From positions 576,001 through 640,000 of the forward strand of contig OY969559.1 in the NCBI GenBank assembly GCA_963701075.1: a stretch of 64,000 bases of DNA, written 5' to 3'. Below the pieces are notes generated by a model. The model worked only from the letters and a program-made list of their open reading frames with translations. It did no database searches and had not been told where the DNA came from. Of this stretch, positions 44,197-53,883 are shown piece after piece; positions within the stretch are counted from its first letter, which is position 1, and each line of letters begins with the position of its first letter. A program made the position numbers and the translations under genes. This stretch comes from an uncultured Nitrososphaerota archaeon (GTDB lineage: Archaea; Thermoproteota; Nitrososphaeria; Nitrososphaerales; Nitrosopumilaceae).

Positions 44197-44928
44197 TTGG
44201 GTAAAAGACCACTAGTGAGAAGACGGGGTAGAGGCGGAAAACAATTTCGTGCAGCGTATACTGGCAAGTTATCTCCAGCAAAATACCCAAGATTTACCCT
44301 ATCTGAACAACATGAGGCTGAGGTAGTTGATATAGTTCATGAGACTGGCCGTGATGCGCCTCTTGCCAGAGTAAGATTTGAGAATGGAACTTGGTCCCTT
44401 GTTCCGTCCGTTTTAGGTACTAAGATAGGTTCAAAATTCCAATTTGGATTAAAATCAGGCATTTCTTCTGGAAACGTCATTAGTATACAAAACATTCCTG
44501 ACGGAACGCTTGTATGTAATGTGGAAAGACACTTTGGAGACGGAGGATCTCTAGTAAAATCTGCAGGTTCTTATGCTACTGTCTTTTCTCACGGTAATGA
44601 AGGTGTAACACTAAAACTACCGTCAGGCAAGTTTACCACCCTTCACCCACAGAACCGAGCTATGATTGGTGTCCTTGCAGGGGGTGGAGCAGGTGATAGA
44701 CCTTTCATGAGGGCAGGTGTGGCATGGCGTAAAATGCGCTCTAGGGGTAGAAAGTATCCTATAGTAAGAGGTGTTGCTCAGGCAGTGTATGTACACCCAC
44801 ATGGTGGTGGAAGACATCAACATGTTGGTAGAAGTTCAACCGTTTCAAGAAATGCTCCTCCGGGACGTAAAGTTGGTAGTATCGCAGCAAGAAAGACAGG
44901 AAGATCCAGAGTCAAAGAAAGAGCGTAA
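44197..44928 (+). CDS. rpl2: 50S ribosomal protein uL2
   Basis: RRRGRG, GRDAP, VRGVA..HPHGGG, PPGRKVG. Confidence 0.97.
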   Translation: MGKRPLVRRRGRGGKQFRAAYTGKLSPAKYPRFTLSEQHEAEVVDIVHETGRDAPLARVRFENGTWSLVPSVLGTKIGSKFQFGLKSGISSGNVISIQNIPDGTLVCNVERHFGDGGSLVKSAGSYATVFSHGNEGVTLKLPSGKFTTLHPQNRAMIGVLAGGGAGDRPFMRAGVAWRKMRSRGRKYPIVRGVAQAVYVHPHGGGRHQHVGRSSTVSRNAPPGRKVGSIAARKTGRSRVKERA

Positions 44929-44968
44929 TCTACTAAAGCTAATTAATAGTCAAGGTAAAACCGGATTT

Positions 44969-45247
44969 ATGACATCAAAAAGAGTTCATCTTTACGTTAA
45001 CGGAAAGGTTCAAGGAGTTTATTTTCGACAAGGAATGAAAGAAACTGCAGAAAAAAACAATGTGAAAGGTTGGGTTAGGAATCTTCTCGATAAAAGTGTT
45101 GAAGCAGTCTTGGAAGGTGAAGAATCTAATGTGGATGCTGTGATAGATTGGAGCAATTTCGGTCCTCCTGGAGCAATAGTGGATGAACTCAAAGTTATAA
45201 TCGAAGATAATGTTGAAGAACTCGCAGATTTTGAAATTCTTTTCTAG
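44969..45247 (+). CDS. acyP: Acylphosphatase
   Basis: GKVQGVYFR, GWVRN, GPPGA. Confidence 0.92.
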   Translation: MTSKRVHLYVNGKVQGVYFRQGMKETAEKNNVKGWVRNLLDKSVEAVLEGEESNVDAVIDWSNFGPPGAIVDELKVIIEDNVEELADFEILF

Positions 45248-45573
45248 TGTATGTTTGAATAAGCATCAGAGAGCAGATTCTTGACTTCATCAAGGTTTTG
45301 ATTCGCTCTTATCTCAATTTCTTTTACTGGTTCTTTTCTATCTCTTCTGATTTTTGCAATAACGGATTCTCTTTGTGGTTCAATATCAACAAAGTATCTA
45401 AAGGTCATAGATTTACAAAATACTATCCTATGCATTCGTACATCTTCTAATACGTTATTGCCTAATGAAAAGCAATAATTTCGTAGTTCTTCAAATAACG
45501 GTTTTATCTGAGGTGTTAACTGTTTCTTGAAATCATCATATGTTCTCGTATGCCCAGAAATTAGACCGTCCAT
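45244..45573 (-). CDS. Hypothetical protein (DUF5655/YdhG-like small domain)
   Basis: 109-aa ORF, LFEELRNY...LLSDAY; family call tentative. Confidence 0.55.
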   Translation of the reverse strand: MDGLISGHTRTYDDFKKQLTPQIKPLFEELRNYCFSLGNNVLEDVRMHRIVFCKSMTFRYFVDIEPQRESVIAKIRRDRKEPVKEIEIRANQNLDEVKNLLSDAYSNIH

Positions 45574-45602
45574 GCTTTTGTCATTTTATAATGGAATATT
45601 TA

Positions 45603-45919
45603 GGTAGTAGCTCTGCTAGTTCCAGTCTAGGCAGATGGCCTCATCTCAAGTCAAGCAAGATCCGCCACGTAGACGACGCAGCGTGAATGCTCTACCTTAG
45701 GATTGCTCCCTCCCGGACCTCATCCCTTTCGGCAGTTAGAACTTGAGAGCTATCCCTTCGGACAGTCTCAGTCCTGCATCCACCCGCTTCGGCGTGATTT
45801 CATCTCCGCAAGTCAAGCGAGTATCATCCATCTAGAGATTTACCCAGCAGTTGCTGACCTCTGCATATAGCCGGTTTCAGAGGCAGGGCACGGCTAGCGC
45901 CCCAGTCCTACCTACTACC
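45603..45919 (-). ncRNA. ffs: Archaeal SRP (7S) RNA
   Basis: About 317 nt, GC-rich; terminal helix GGTAGTAG/CTACTACC; helix 8 AGGTCCGGGAGGGAGCA; helix 6 with GAAG loop. Confidence 0.92.
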
Positions 45920-45951
45920 AAAATATCGTTATGATAAGATCTTTATGTGCA

Positions 45952-46873
45952 TTAGGGTTGATTTAGTCCTAGATTCAATAGTGTATTGCATACGGCACAC
46001 ACGTCTCCAGTGCACTCTGCTCCACATTTTGAGCAATTTTTCCATATCTTGCCAGGTTCGTCTCTGAGTATGGAGGAAACTTTCAAAATTGAGTTGTACA
46101 TGTTGTTCTTGATTCCAATGTGATTCTTTTCCAATGAATTGAGGAAATTGCGTATCTCTGTTCTTATACCCTCATTCATGTGAGGACATTCTTCTGATTG
46201 AAATGGAATGTCATTTGTAAAAGCATAGAAGACAATCTCATTTTCATAAATTTCACAAAATGGCTTTATCTTTCTTGTTTTGTTATTTGATAGTTCTGGA
46301 TCCATCCAACCTATCTTACTTGTATCCCCTGAAAGAAGATTGATGATAAAAGTCTGAATAAAATCATCCATGTTATGACCCGTTGCAACTGTGTCTACTC
46401 CCAAGTCTTTTGCACCAAAATCAATAGCACGCCTTCTTAATATGCCACATATGGAACAAGATGAGATCTTTTTCTTTTCTCTTCAGCTCAAGCGATTGTT
46501 CCAAGGTCGTACCAAAAAGCTCCTTGTATGAATAAACATCATGCTCAACCTGAATCTTGTCGCAAAAATTTCTTACCATCTCTAATGCCTCGTCCCTATA
46601 TCCGGGAATTCCCTCGTCAATTGTAATCGCCCTGAGCGTAAAGTCATGATTCAATGAAATTTGCTTCAATGCATGCAAGAGAGACAGTGAATCTTTTCCG
46701 CCAGAAACAGCAACACCAACCACATCTCCGCCATTGATCATCTTGTATTTTGAGATAGTTTTTGCAGTCTTTCGCACAATTGACTTTGAAAAGCAATCTG
46801 AACAAAGATTTTCTCCAGAATATTTCCTAGAATAAACCGTTGTATTTTCACACCAATCGCATTTCATGACCAA
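45952..46873 (-). CDS. ncsA: TtuA/NcsA-family tRNA 2-thiolation enzyme (split by +1 indel near 46483)
   Basis: Terminal zinc fingers, SGGKDS PP-loop, restored SSCSICGILRRR, TGHNMDD, CPH. Confidence 0.85.
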
Positions 46874-46916
46874 GTCTTCTCATTCCTTAATTTAACTATA
46901 TTTTGTTTCGAGTTTC

Positions 46917-48120
46917 TTAAATTGTAATAAAACCAGATTTGAGTGCTGATAATGCTATGTTTAGCGCAAATAAAATGAAAGTAAAGGTGTACAGAGACAA
47001 CATAGTTCCTTTCAATGCTTTTTCAGACATTCTCTTTTCAATTATGCTATGGACAAATTTACCGCCATCAAGTATAGGCAAAGGTAGCATGTTGAATATT
47101 CCAATGAAAAATGATAGCATCCACAACCACAATAAAAACATGAATACTTCTGGACTCCAGTGTATGTAATAAGGTACTACTGGCTGATAGGAAGGTAACG
47201 CAGTCTCTCATGATTCCAAGCATGCCCTTCTGAGGATCATCTTTTGACGGAGTAACTATCACAGGAATTTGAAGAGTTTGTCCTGATCTGGTAAGAGTCA
47301 CAGTCGCAGTATCTCCAGGCTTTAGCTGAACTTTTGCAAAGTCTTGTGGAAGAGCTATGTGAACTCCGTTAATTCCAGTTATAATGTCATCTTTTTGTAA
47401 TCCTGCCTTTTCAGCTCCTGATCCAGGTTCGACAGAAATTATTGGAACGCCTAAAGGTTCACTATAGAGTACATTTCGTATACCGTCTGGCATGATTAGG
47501 GCAAAGGATGGATTAAACAAAAGAAGACCGGCAATTACGAAAGAGAATATGATATTTGATGTTGCACCCGCACCTATTACTCTGAGCCGTGATATTTTTT
47601 TGGCCTTTGCAAATTCTTCCTCATCTGGCTCTACAAAGCCTGCAAATAGTGCAATGAATACCGCAAAACCTCCTGTCTTGATCTTTATCTTTTCAAGGGT
47701 TGCTACTATTCCATGTGCTCCTTCGTGCATTACTAGCACAATTGGAACGGCAAGAAGAAAATATGCTATATTGGCGCTTGATTGAATTGTAACTCCAGGT
47801 ATGAGTACCGTCATCTCAGCAAATGCTTCTGGCTTTACAAAGAAGTTGGAAAGATTAGAAATGAGATACCAAAAACCAGCTCCCATCATTATAAATCCCA
47901 ATACGACACTTGCGTTTGAGAAAATTCTTGTTGCACGTTCCGTTCTGCCCAAAAGCCTAGTCAAAAGTAACTGAACATTTTGATTTTTGTAGGTTATGCT
48001 GTATGGTTTTACCTCAAAGCCACGTTTATCCAGTTTTGAGACCTTTGCTATTGCAAATACGATACACCATGCAATCAGAACATAGATGATAGAATTCTGC
48101 TGCAAAAATCCAAATGCCAA
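46917..48120 (-). CDS. Site-2 (M50) membrane metalloprotease with PDZ domain (split by +1 indel at 47204)
   Basis: HEGAH, GFVEPD, PDZ, FNMLPLPILDGG. Confidence 0.9.
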
Positions 48121-48166
48121 ATTAATTGATACTCTTTTTAGTCAGGGCAAATTTATCAGTTGCTAT

Positions 48167-48514
48167 ATGGGAATTGTGATAGTTTCAACATATCCAAACA
48201 AAAAATCCATATCTAAAATCGCAAATATGATAGTAAACAAGGGATTAGCAGCATGTGTTAATTATACAAAAATAAACTCTGTATATACATGGAAAAAAAA
48301 GACAGAAAACACCGAGGAGTTTTTGGCACTTTTCAAGACTACAGCAAAAACAAAAGAATTACTCAAAAAGGAGATCGCAAAAACACATCCATACAAAGTT
48401 CCAGAAATTGTGGAGCTAAAAGTGGACTCGGTAAATACGTCCTATCAGATTTGGCTCATGAATTCAACTCGTAAGGCTAAACCTAAGAAGAGAGACAATG
48501 CCTCCAAGAGATGA
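48167..48514 (+). CDS. cutA: Divalent-cation tolerance protein CutA
   Basis: LAACVN, SVYTW, HPYKVPEI. Confidence 0.92.
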   Translation: MGIVIVSTYPNKKSISKIANMIVNKGLAACVNYTKINSVYTWKKKTENTEEFLALFKTTAKTKELLKKEIAKTHPYKVPEIVELKVDSVNTSYQIWLMNSTRKAKPKKRDNASKR

Positions 48515-49516
48515 GATCCTAAGGCCGACGTCTGTTGTTGAATCTACTGCATATACTTCTACTCCCTTTCCCTCGGCTTGATTTAGAAATGCAATAATCT
48601 TGTCTTCATCATGATTTTCAAAAATCTTGTCAGAGAAGACTAGTGATTGTACAGCTCCTGCTTCGTTTGCTCTTGATGTTTCGTCAAAACCCATTGTAAA
48701 CTTGTTAATTTTTTTATTTACCATTAGCATTATCTCATCTAAAATAGAAGATACCTTTGCAATCTTACTTTTGGTGAGCGCCTGTCTCATCGTTTCTGAC
48801 TTGATAAATGTGTAGATGCCGTCTTCTCCACTTGAATCAATGCCATCGATTACACGAATTGTGTGCCCCTTAATGGATGGTAATTCAAAAAGAAAATTTC
48901 CTAACCTTTTTTTTGTTTCTCCGGGGCCAAATATTATGATCTCATCTCTTTCTCTTATTGTAGATGATACTGCACCTTGAACCTCTTTGAAAAAATCTTC
49001 TATATTGAATTTAGATTTGTATCTCTTGCCACTTGCGCCAGAGTATAGGTTAGGTATAATCTTGAGATGAGTACCAGTTAACCTTCCTATGCCACAATCA
49101 GTAGTATCTACTGCAATAAGTAAGAAGCTACCTGTGTCTTTCTTTCCAAAAAGCAATTTATTTTCAATATCGCTCCAATTTTTCTTAATCAAAGTTATTG
49201 GTTCACCAATTCTCAGAGTTATGGAATGATGTGAACCCTTGCTAACAGATTCACTGTCTGATTCTGTTATGATTCCATGAACTTTTAATCTATCAACAAC
49301 ATCATCTATAGAGATTTTTTCTACATCTAGAGCAACACGAATTTTGATCCTTTCTCCTCTGTCAGGTCTTGCAAAGTCTTTGTCTTGTTTTACAACACGG
49401 GTAGTATCTCCTATTATTCTGTCTTGATTACGTATGACCCTTCGTAATGTAAAAAGATCATCAGACTCTTCAGGTATTAATGCAACTGAATTCTCATCGA
49501 TTTTCTTTGTAATCAA
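48464..49516 (-). CDS. pelA: Pelota/Dom34 ribosome rescue factor
   Basis: PEESDDLFTL, GSHH, GPGETK, SLGGIVSLLRF. Confidence 0.92.
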   Translation of the reverse strand: MITKKIDENSVALIPEESDDLFTLRRVIRNQDRIIGDTTRVVKQDKDFARPDRGERIKIRVALDVEKISIDDVVDRLKVHGIITESDSESVSKGSHHSITLRIGEPITLIKKNWSDIENKLLFGKKDTGSFLLIAVDTTDCGIGRLTGTHLKIIPNLYSGASGKRYKSKFNIEDFFKEVQGAVSSTIRERDEIIIFGPGETKKRLGNFLFELPSIKGHTIRVIDGIDSSGEDGIYTFIKSETMRQALTKSKIAKVSSILDEIMLMVNKKINKFTMGFDETSRANEAGAVQSLVFSDKIFENHDEDKIIAFLNQAEGKGVEVYAVDSTTDVGLRISSLGGIVSLLRFSLTS

Positions 49517-49558
49517 CTTTGTATCCTATAAGAATATGCAATAATAAAAAAGAGTGAT

Positions 49559-49981
49559 CTAATTCGTTAATTCATTGGGCTTGACCTGTTTCTCTTCCGC
49601 CTTTTTCCTCAGGTAGTTTTGAACCCATTCTTGTGTTATTACTCCGGCTTCAGTCAAGTTTACCAGTGTATTGGTAGATGCCTCGCCAGTTACCTTTCCT
49701 GTGGTGCGCCTGATTTGTCTCCACTTTAGATTTGTATTGCCACTTTTTGACGAATAAATTATGCCAAGAACCTCTTTTGCGTTGACAAAAATCATATCAC
49801 GAATCTTCTTGAGAGTTACCTTGTCTGCTGCCTCTACATAGATTAGACCAGGCGAAGTCTCGCGTTCAGGAAACACTTCGTAATCCTCCAAGTAGCTTTC
49901 TGGAACAAACGAATTACATGTACTTAGGACTACGAATTTCCTAAAACTTTCAAGCGAACAGGTAGCGTCGATTGTTACCAT
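49559..49981 (-). CDS. Hypothetical protein
   Basis: 140-aa ORF, YVEAADK..GIIYSSKSG..KWR. Confidence 0.7.
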   Translation of the reverse strand: MVTIDATCSLESFRKFVVLSTCNSFVPESYLEDYEVFPERETSPGLIYVEAADKVTLKKIRDMIFVNAKEVLGIIYSSKSGNTNLKWRQIRRTTGKVTGEASTNTLVNLTEAGVITQEWVQNYLRKKAEEKQVKPNELTN

Positions 49982-50054
49982 TTGTCTAGATTTCGTAACC
50001 GCCTTTTATCAAGCTTCTTGAAAGACTCAATTAGGAACGAGAAAAATTACTTGC

Positions 50055-50117
50055 TGCAGGCGTTGATGACCAAATCCCTTTGATTTGATGAGAAGGATCT
50101 TGAGTTCTGAGCCTGCA
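50055..50117 (+). ncRNA. Box C/D guide sRNA
   Basis: Stem TGCAGGC/GCCTGCA; C TTGATGA 50063-69, D' TTGA 50080-83, C' TTGATGA 50085-91, D CTGA 50107-10. Confidence 0.8.
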
Positions 50118-50152
50118 CTTGATTTTTATGAAATGAGAAATTCTACTATACC

Positions 50153-50572
50153 ATGAAATCACTCACTGAATATCTAATATTTAATGTTCAATCACGAATA
50201 GGATTTGTGAATATCACATCTGATGTACGAAAAATAATTCAGAAGAGTGGAATCAAAGAGGGCATCTGCCTAGTTAATGCGATGCATATTACATCTAGTG
50301 TATTTATCAACGATGATGAAAACGGTCTTCATCAAGACTATGAGCGATGGCTTGAAGACTTGGCACCTCATGAACCAATATCAAAATACGAGCACAATAA
50401 AACAGGAGAAGATAATGCAGACGCACATCTTAAGAGGCAAATCATGGGAAGAGAAGTTGTAGTTGCGATAACAAAAGGTCAACTTGATTTTGGACCGTGG
50501 GAACAGATATTCTATGGTGAGTTTGATGGGCGAAGATCAAAACGTGTGCTTGTAAAGATTATTGGCGAATAA
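50153..50572 (+). CDS. yjbQ: YjbQ/UPF0047 family protein
   Basis: [33 protein letters not shown]. Confidence 0.92.
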   Translation: MKSLTEYLIFNVQSRIGFVNITSDVRKIIQKSGIKEGICLVNAMHITSSVFINDDENGLHQDYERWLEDLAPHEPISKYEHNKTGEDNADAHLKRQIMGREVVVAITKGQLDFGPWEQIFYGEFDGRRSKRVLVKIIGE

Positions 50573-50728
50573 TTAACTCAAAGAACCGCGTTTCTGACTT
50601 CCTTCTGTAACCGGTGTATTCTTAAAACTCTCTTCGTGGTTCTGAGGGCCATGACTACATTTGACACAGCCAACTTTGAAGCCATTAGAATCCTTCACAT
50701 ATGTCTCGCAACCGCAGAAACAAGTCAT
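50573..50728 (-). CDS. 51-aa Cys/His-rich micro-protein (not in ORF track)
   Basis: MTCFCGCETYVKDSNGFKVGCVKCSHGPQNHEESFKNTPVTEGSQKRGSLS*; TTATAT box about 25 nt upstream. Confidence 0.7.
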   Translation of the reverse strand: MTCFCGCETYVKDSNGFKVGCVKCSHGPQNHEESFKNTPVTEGSQKRGSLS

Positions 50729-50770
50729 ACTTCTTTGAAAACCTAATCCGTGATATAACTTATTTCAAAA

Positions 50771-51223
50771 CTAAATCTTACAACAGTTTCCACGTGGGAT
50801 GTCATGTCCATGGGGGCACTTTCTTGGATGTTTTAACATTGTACATAGGGCGTCCGTGAACTGTTCATTCATGTGATGCTCTATTCCGCAAACCATCTCT
50901 TCATCAATGTCAACCTTTAGAGCACTATCCATCAAGACTTCAAGCAGTCTGCTATTTCGCATCATATTGGAGCCAATTTGTTCTCCATTCTTAGTTAGGG
51001 AAACTCCGCCTTTGTTGTAGTTTACAAGTTTAGTATCATCCAGCTTTTTTAACATCTGCACCACGCTTGGCTGTCTTACGTTTAGCATCTTTGCTATCGT
51101 GCTTATCTTTACTGGATCTCCACCTTCCTTTATGTGCCATATTGCCTTTAAGTACATCTCAACATGTTCAGCCTCTGCAGTCCCAACAAACAGAACTTCT
51201 TGGTCTTTCATAATATTTTGCAT
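50771..51223 (-). CDS. DtxR/MntR-family metal-dependent repressor
   Basis: EMYLKAI, HTH, RLLE, IEH, CPHGHDIP. Confidence 0.9.
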   Translation of the reverse strand: MQNIMKDQEVLFVGTAEAEHVEMYLKAIWHIKEGGDPVKISTIAKMLNVRQPSVVQMLKKLDDTKLVNYNKGGVSLTKNGEQIGSNMMRNSRLLEVLMDSALKVDIDEEMVCGIEHHMNEQFTDALCTMLKHPRKCPHGHDIPRGNCCKI

Positions 51224-51231
51224 ATCGTACC

Positions 51232-52002
51232 TTACTTTACGTCTTTTGATTCTCTCAATAAATATTCAAAGTATTCGCGCGCAAAACCGGCAAGACCGGA
51301 ATGATCAGCCCATATGGCAACAGCTTCTTTTGAACTCGAGGTACCAAGTTCTTCTCCAAGTAACAAAACTACATATCTCTTATCTGAGATGATACCACCT
51401 CCAAAGAGTCCTTTTTTTAATTTAACCTTGGATACTCGTGATAGTGACTTTAATGTGTCAGTATCAACATCTTCAGATACTAGAATAGTGATATCTACGC
51501 CTCTATCGTGCAGTAACCTAAGCTTTGGTAGCGCTTCCTTTGCCACGCCCTCGGCGACTTTGGGTATGGCAATCAGTACCTCATTTCTGCAAGAGTCAAC
51601 CATTTCAAGAATCTTGGTTGCTATATTTACGACTCCAGAAATGATCCAAATGTCAGGCCTCTCACTTGTTCCACTTTGTTCGTAAAGTGGCGTAAGTTCC
51701 TTCAGTATCACACTCTCGTTATTTCTGAAATCTGCCTCAGTTTGCTGTCTTGATGTCTGTACAGCTGTAGCCGGAGATTTTGCAAAATACTGCGTGGGAC
51801 GTGAATCATCAGAGCCTATCCATCCCTTATCTTCTAGGGTGCCTAGAACCTCGTATATCTTGGAATAGGGTACTCCGGACTTTTGACTCAGGTCAGAGGC
51901 TGTTATTGGACCAGTCTTAAGAAGTGAAGCATACGTCTTTATCTCATAACTTGTAAGCCCCATCTTCTCAAGGGCCTTCCTAGTCTTGTCAGAGAGACTC
52001 AT
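51232..52002 (-). CDS. TrmB-family transcriptional regulator
   Basis: LEKMGLTSYE, SGVPYSKIYEVLGTLEDKGW. Confidence 0.9.
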   Translation of the reverse strand: MSLSDKTRKALEKMGLTSYEIKTYASLLKTGPITASDLSQKSGVPYSKIYEVLGTLEDKGWIGSDDSRPTQYFAKSPATAVQTSRQQTEADFRNNESVILKELTPLYEQSGTSERPDIWIISGVVNIATKILEMVDSCRNEVLIAIPKVAEGVAKEALPKLRLLHDRGVDITILVSEDVDTDTLKSLSRVSKVKLKKGLFGGGIISDKRYVVLLLGEELGTSSSKEAVAIWADHSGLAGFAREYFEYLLRESKDVK

Positions 52003-52146
52003 GTGATATCAATCGAAGGATCCATGATATATATACCTAGAATTAGGAGCTTGATCGCAGGCCAGCAGGCGCGCGTTCTACCTATTCATCTGGTGTCTTG
52101 TTGGAAATGGGTTAAATACTCTTTTCTAAGATATGCCAATAACGGT

Positions 52147-53811
52147 ATGGAACTAATTCAGATATCTAATCTTAAGACTCCTACTATAGGGAAAAAGTCT
52201 ACCATCAGGTTTACTCAAAGCATATGCCCAGACTGCAACATGATACTTGATGCCGAGGTCTTTGAAAGAGACGGCAAGGTATTCATGACAAAAACATGCC
52301 CCACGCATGGTGAATGTGAGGAGCTTTACTTTGGTTCATACGAAATGTATAGGAAGTTTAGCACCTATTGGATGGATGGCAAGGGCGCTCATGCCCCTAA
52401 CGTGATGATTGACAAATGTTCTTGTCCAAACAACTGTGGATTGTGTTCTAACCATCTCTCACACAGTGGACTAGCAAACATGATAGTAACTAACAGATGC
52501 GATTTGACTTGCTGGTATTGCTTCTTCTATGTAAAGAAAGGTCTTGAAGGCGCATACATGTATGAACCTACACAAGATCAGGTAAGAGCAATGATGAAGA
52601 CCCTAAAGGCAGAGAGGCCAATTCCTGGTAACTCTATGCAAATTACTGGCGGTGAACCAATGTTACGAGAAGACATTGCTGATGTTATCAAAATAATGAA
52701 AGAAGAAGGCGTAGACCATATTCAGATGAACACAAACGGAATCAGGTTTGCTCTAGATCCGGAAGCACTGCGAGAAGTCAGACTTGCAGGTGTAAATAAT
52801 CTGTATCTTAGCTTTGACGGTGTAACTCCAAGAACAAATCCAAAGAATCATTGGGAGATTCCATATGCATTAGAAAGTGCAAGAAAGACAGGAACCACTG
52901 TTGTCTTTGTACCTACCGTTATCAAATCAATTAATGATCATGAACTAGGCGGCATTATCAGATATGCACAAAAGAATCTTGATGTTGTGCACGCAGTTAA
53001 CTTCCAGCCAGTCTCGCTGACAGGAAGAATGGGGAAGAAAGAACGTGAGAAATACAGAATCACAATTCCAGACTGCATACAAAGAATTGAAGAGCAAACC
53101 GGTGCTGAAGTAACAGTAGATGACTGGTTCCCAGTTCCAAGCTGTATGCCACTGACAAACGTTATTGAGGCATTTTCAAGTAAACCAAAATACGAATTAT
53201 CAATTCATTTTGCATGTGGTGCAGGAACATACATCTTTGAAGATCAGGACACTAAAAAATTCGTCCCATTGACGAAATTTGCAGATATTCAAGGAATGTT
53301 GGAGCTCTTCGAAGACAAGGCAGAAGAGATTCGTTCTGGTAAAAACAAGTATTTCACAATGCTAGAGGTTGTAAGAAAACTCTCAAGCTTTGTAGATAGA
53401 AAGAAGCAACCAGCAGGCCTTGACTTGGCAAAGATGTTTGGTAACATCTTGATGAAGAGATCATTTGATTCAGTTGGTTCATGGCATGTAAAGGGACTCT
53501 TCTTAGGCATGATGCACTTCCAAGACAAGTATAACGAAGACTTGGAAAGACTGCAAAGATGCGATATTCACTATGTGACACCAGACCTTAGAATAATTCC
53601 ATTCTGTGCATTCAACGTAATTCCAGAATGGTATAGAGACAGAATCCAAAAGAAATATTCTACAACAGTAGAAGAATGGGAGCAAAGAGTTGGAGCAAAG
53701 CTAGAAGATGGTCTCTACAGGGGTATAATGAGAAGAGGATCAGGTGACGAACTTGCGGCAGGATGTGCAAAAAGCCAGATGTTCCACGAAGCATCTCAAG
53801 CTTTAATGTAA
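52147..53811 (+). CDS. tes: Radical SAM tetraether lipid (GDGT) synthase
   Basis: N-terminal SICPDC..KTCPTHG, CPNNCGLCSNH, CDLTCWYC, TGGEP, FQPVS, C-terminal CDIHY..IPFC. Confidence 0.82.
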   Translation: MELIQISNLKTPTIGKKSTIRFTQSICPDCNMILDAEVFERDGKVFMTKTCPTHGECEELYFGSYEMYRKFSTYWMDGKGAHAPNVMIDKCSCPNNCGLCSNHLSHSGLANMIVTNRCDLTCWYCFFYVKKGLEGAYMYEPTQDQVRAMMKTLKAERPIPGNSMQITGGEPMLREDIADVIKIMKEEGVDHIQMNTNGIRFALDPEALREVRLAGVNNLYLSFDGVTPRTNPKNHWEIPYALESARKTGTTVVFVPTVIKSINDHELGGIIRYAQKNLDVVHAVNFQPVSLTGRMGKKEREKYRITIPDCIQRIEEQTGAEVTVDDWFPVPSCMPLTNVIEAFSSKPKYELSIHFACGAGTYIFEDQDTKKFVPLTKFADIQGMLELFEDKAEEIRSGKNKYFTMLEVVRKLSSFVDRKKQPAGLDLAKMFGNILMKRSFDSVGSWHVKGLFLGMMHFQDKYNEDLERLQRCDIHYVTPDLRIIPFCAFNVIPEWYRDRIQKKYSTTVEEWEQRVGAKLEDGLYRGIMRRGSGDELAAGCAKSQMFHEASQALM

Positions 53812-53883
53812 TTTTCTCAAATCTTTTCATTTTACGTTTTAAATTCTAAAGATTAATTGTAAGGTATTGTATCACAATTCTAA

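Noticed and set aside
44771-44968. Long N-terminus of acylphosphatase overlapping rpl2
   Set aside because: The family domain starts at ATG 44969; the extension is a shadow frame
52003-52146. 48-aa N-terminal extension of tes
   Set aside because: It spans the divergent promoter region; ATG 52147 follows a TATA-like box and matches the expected family start
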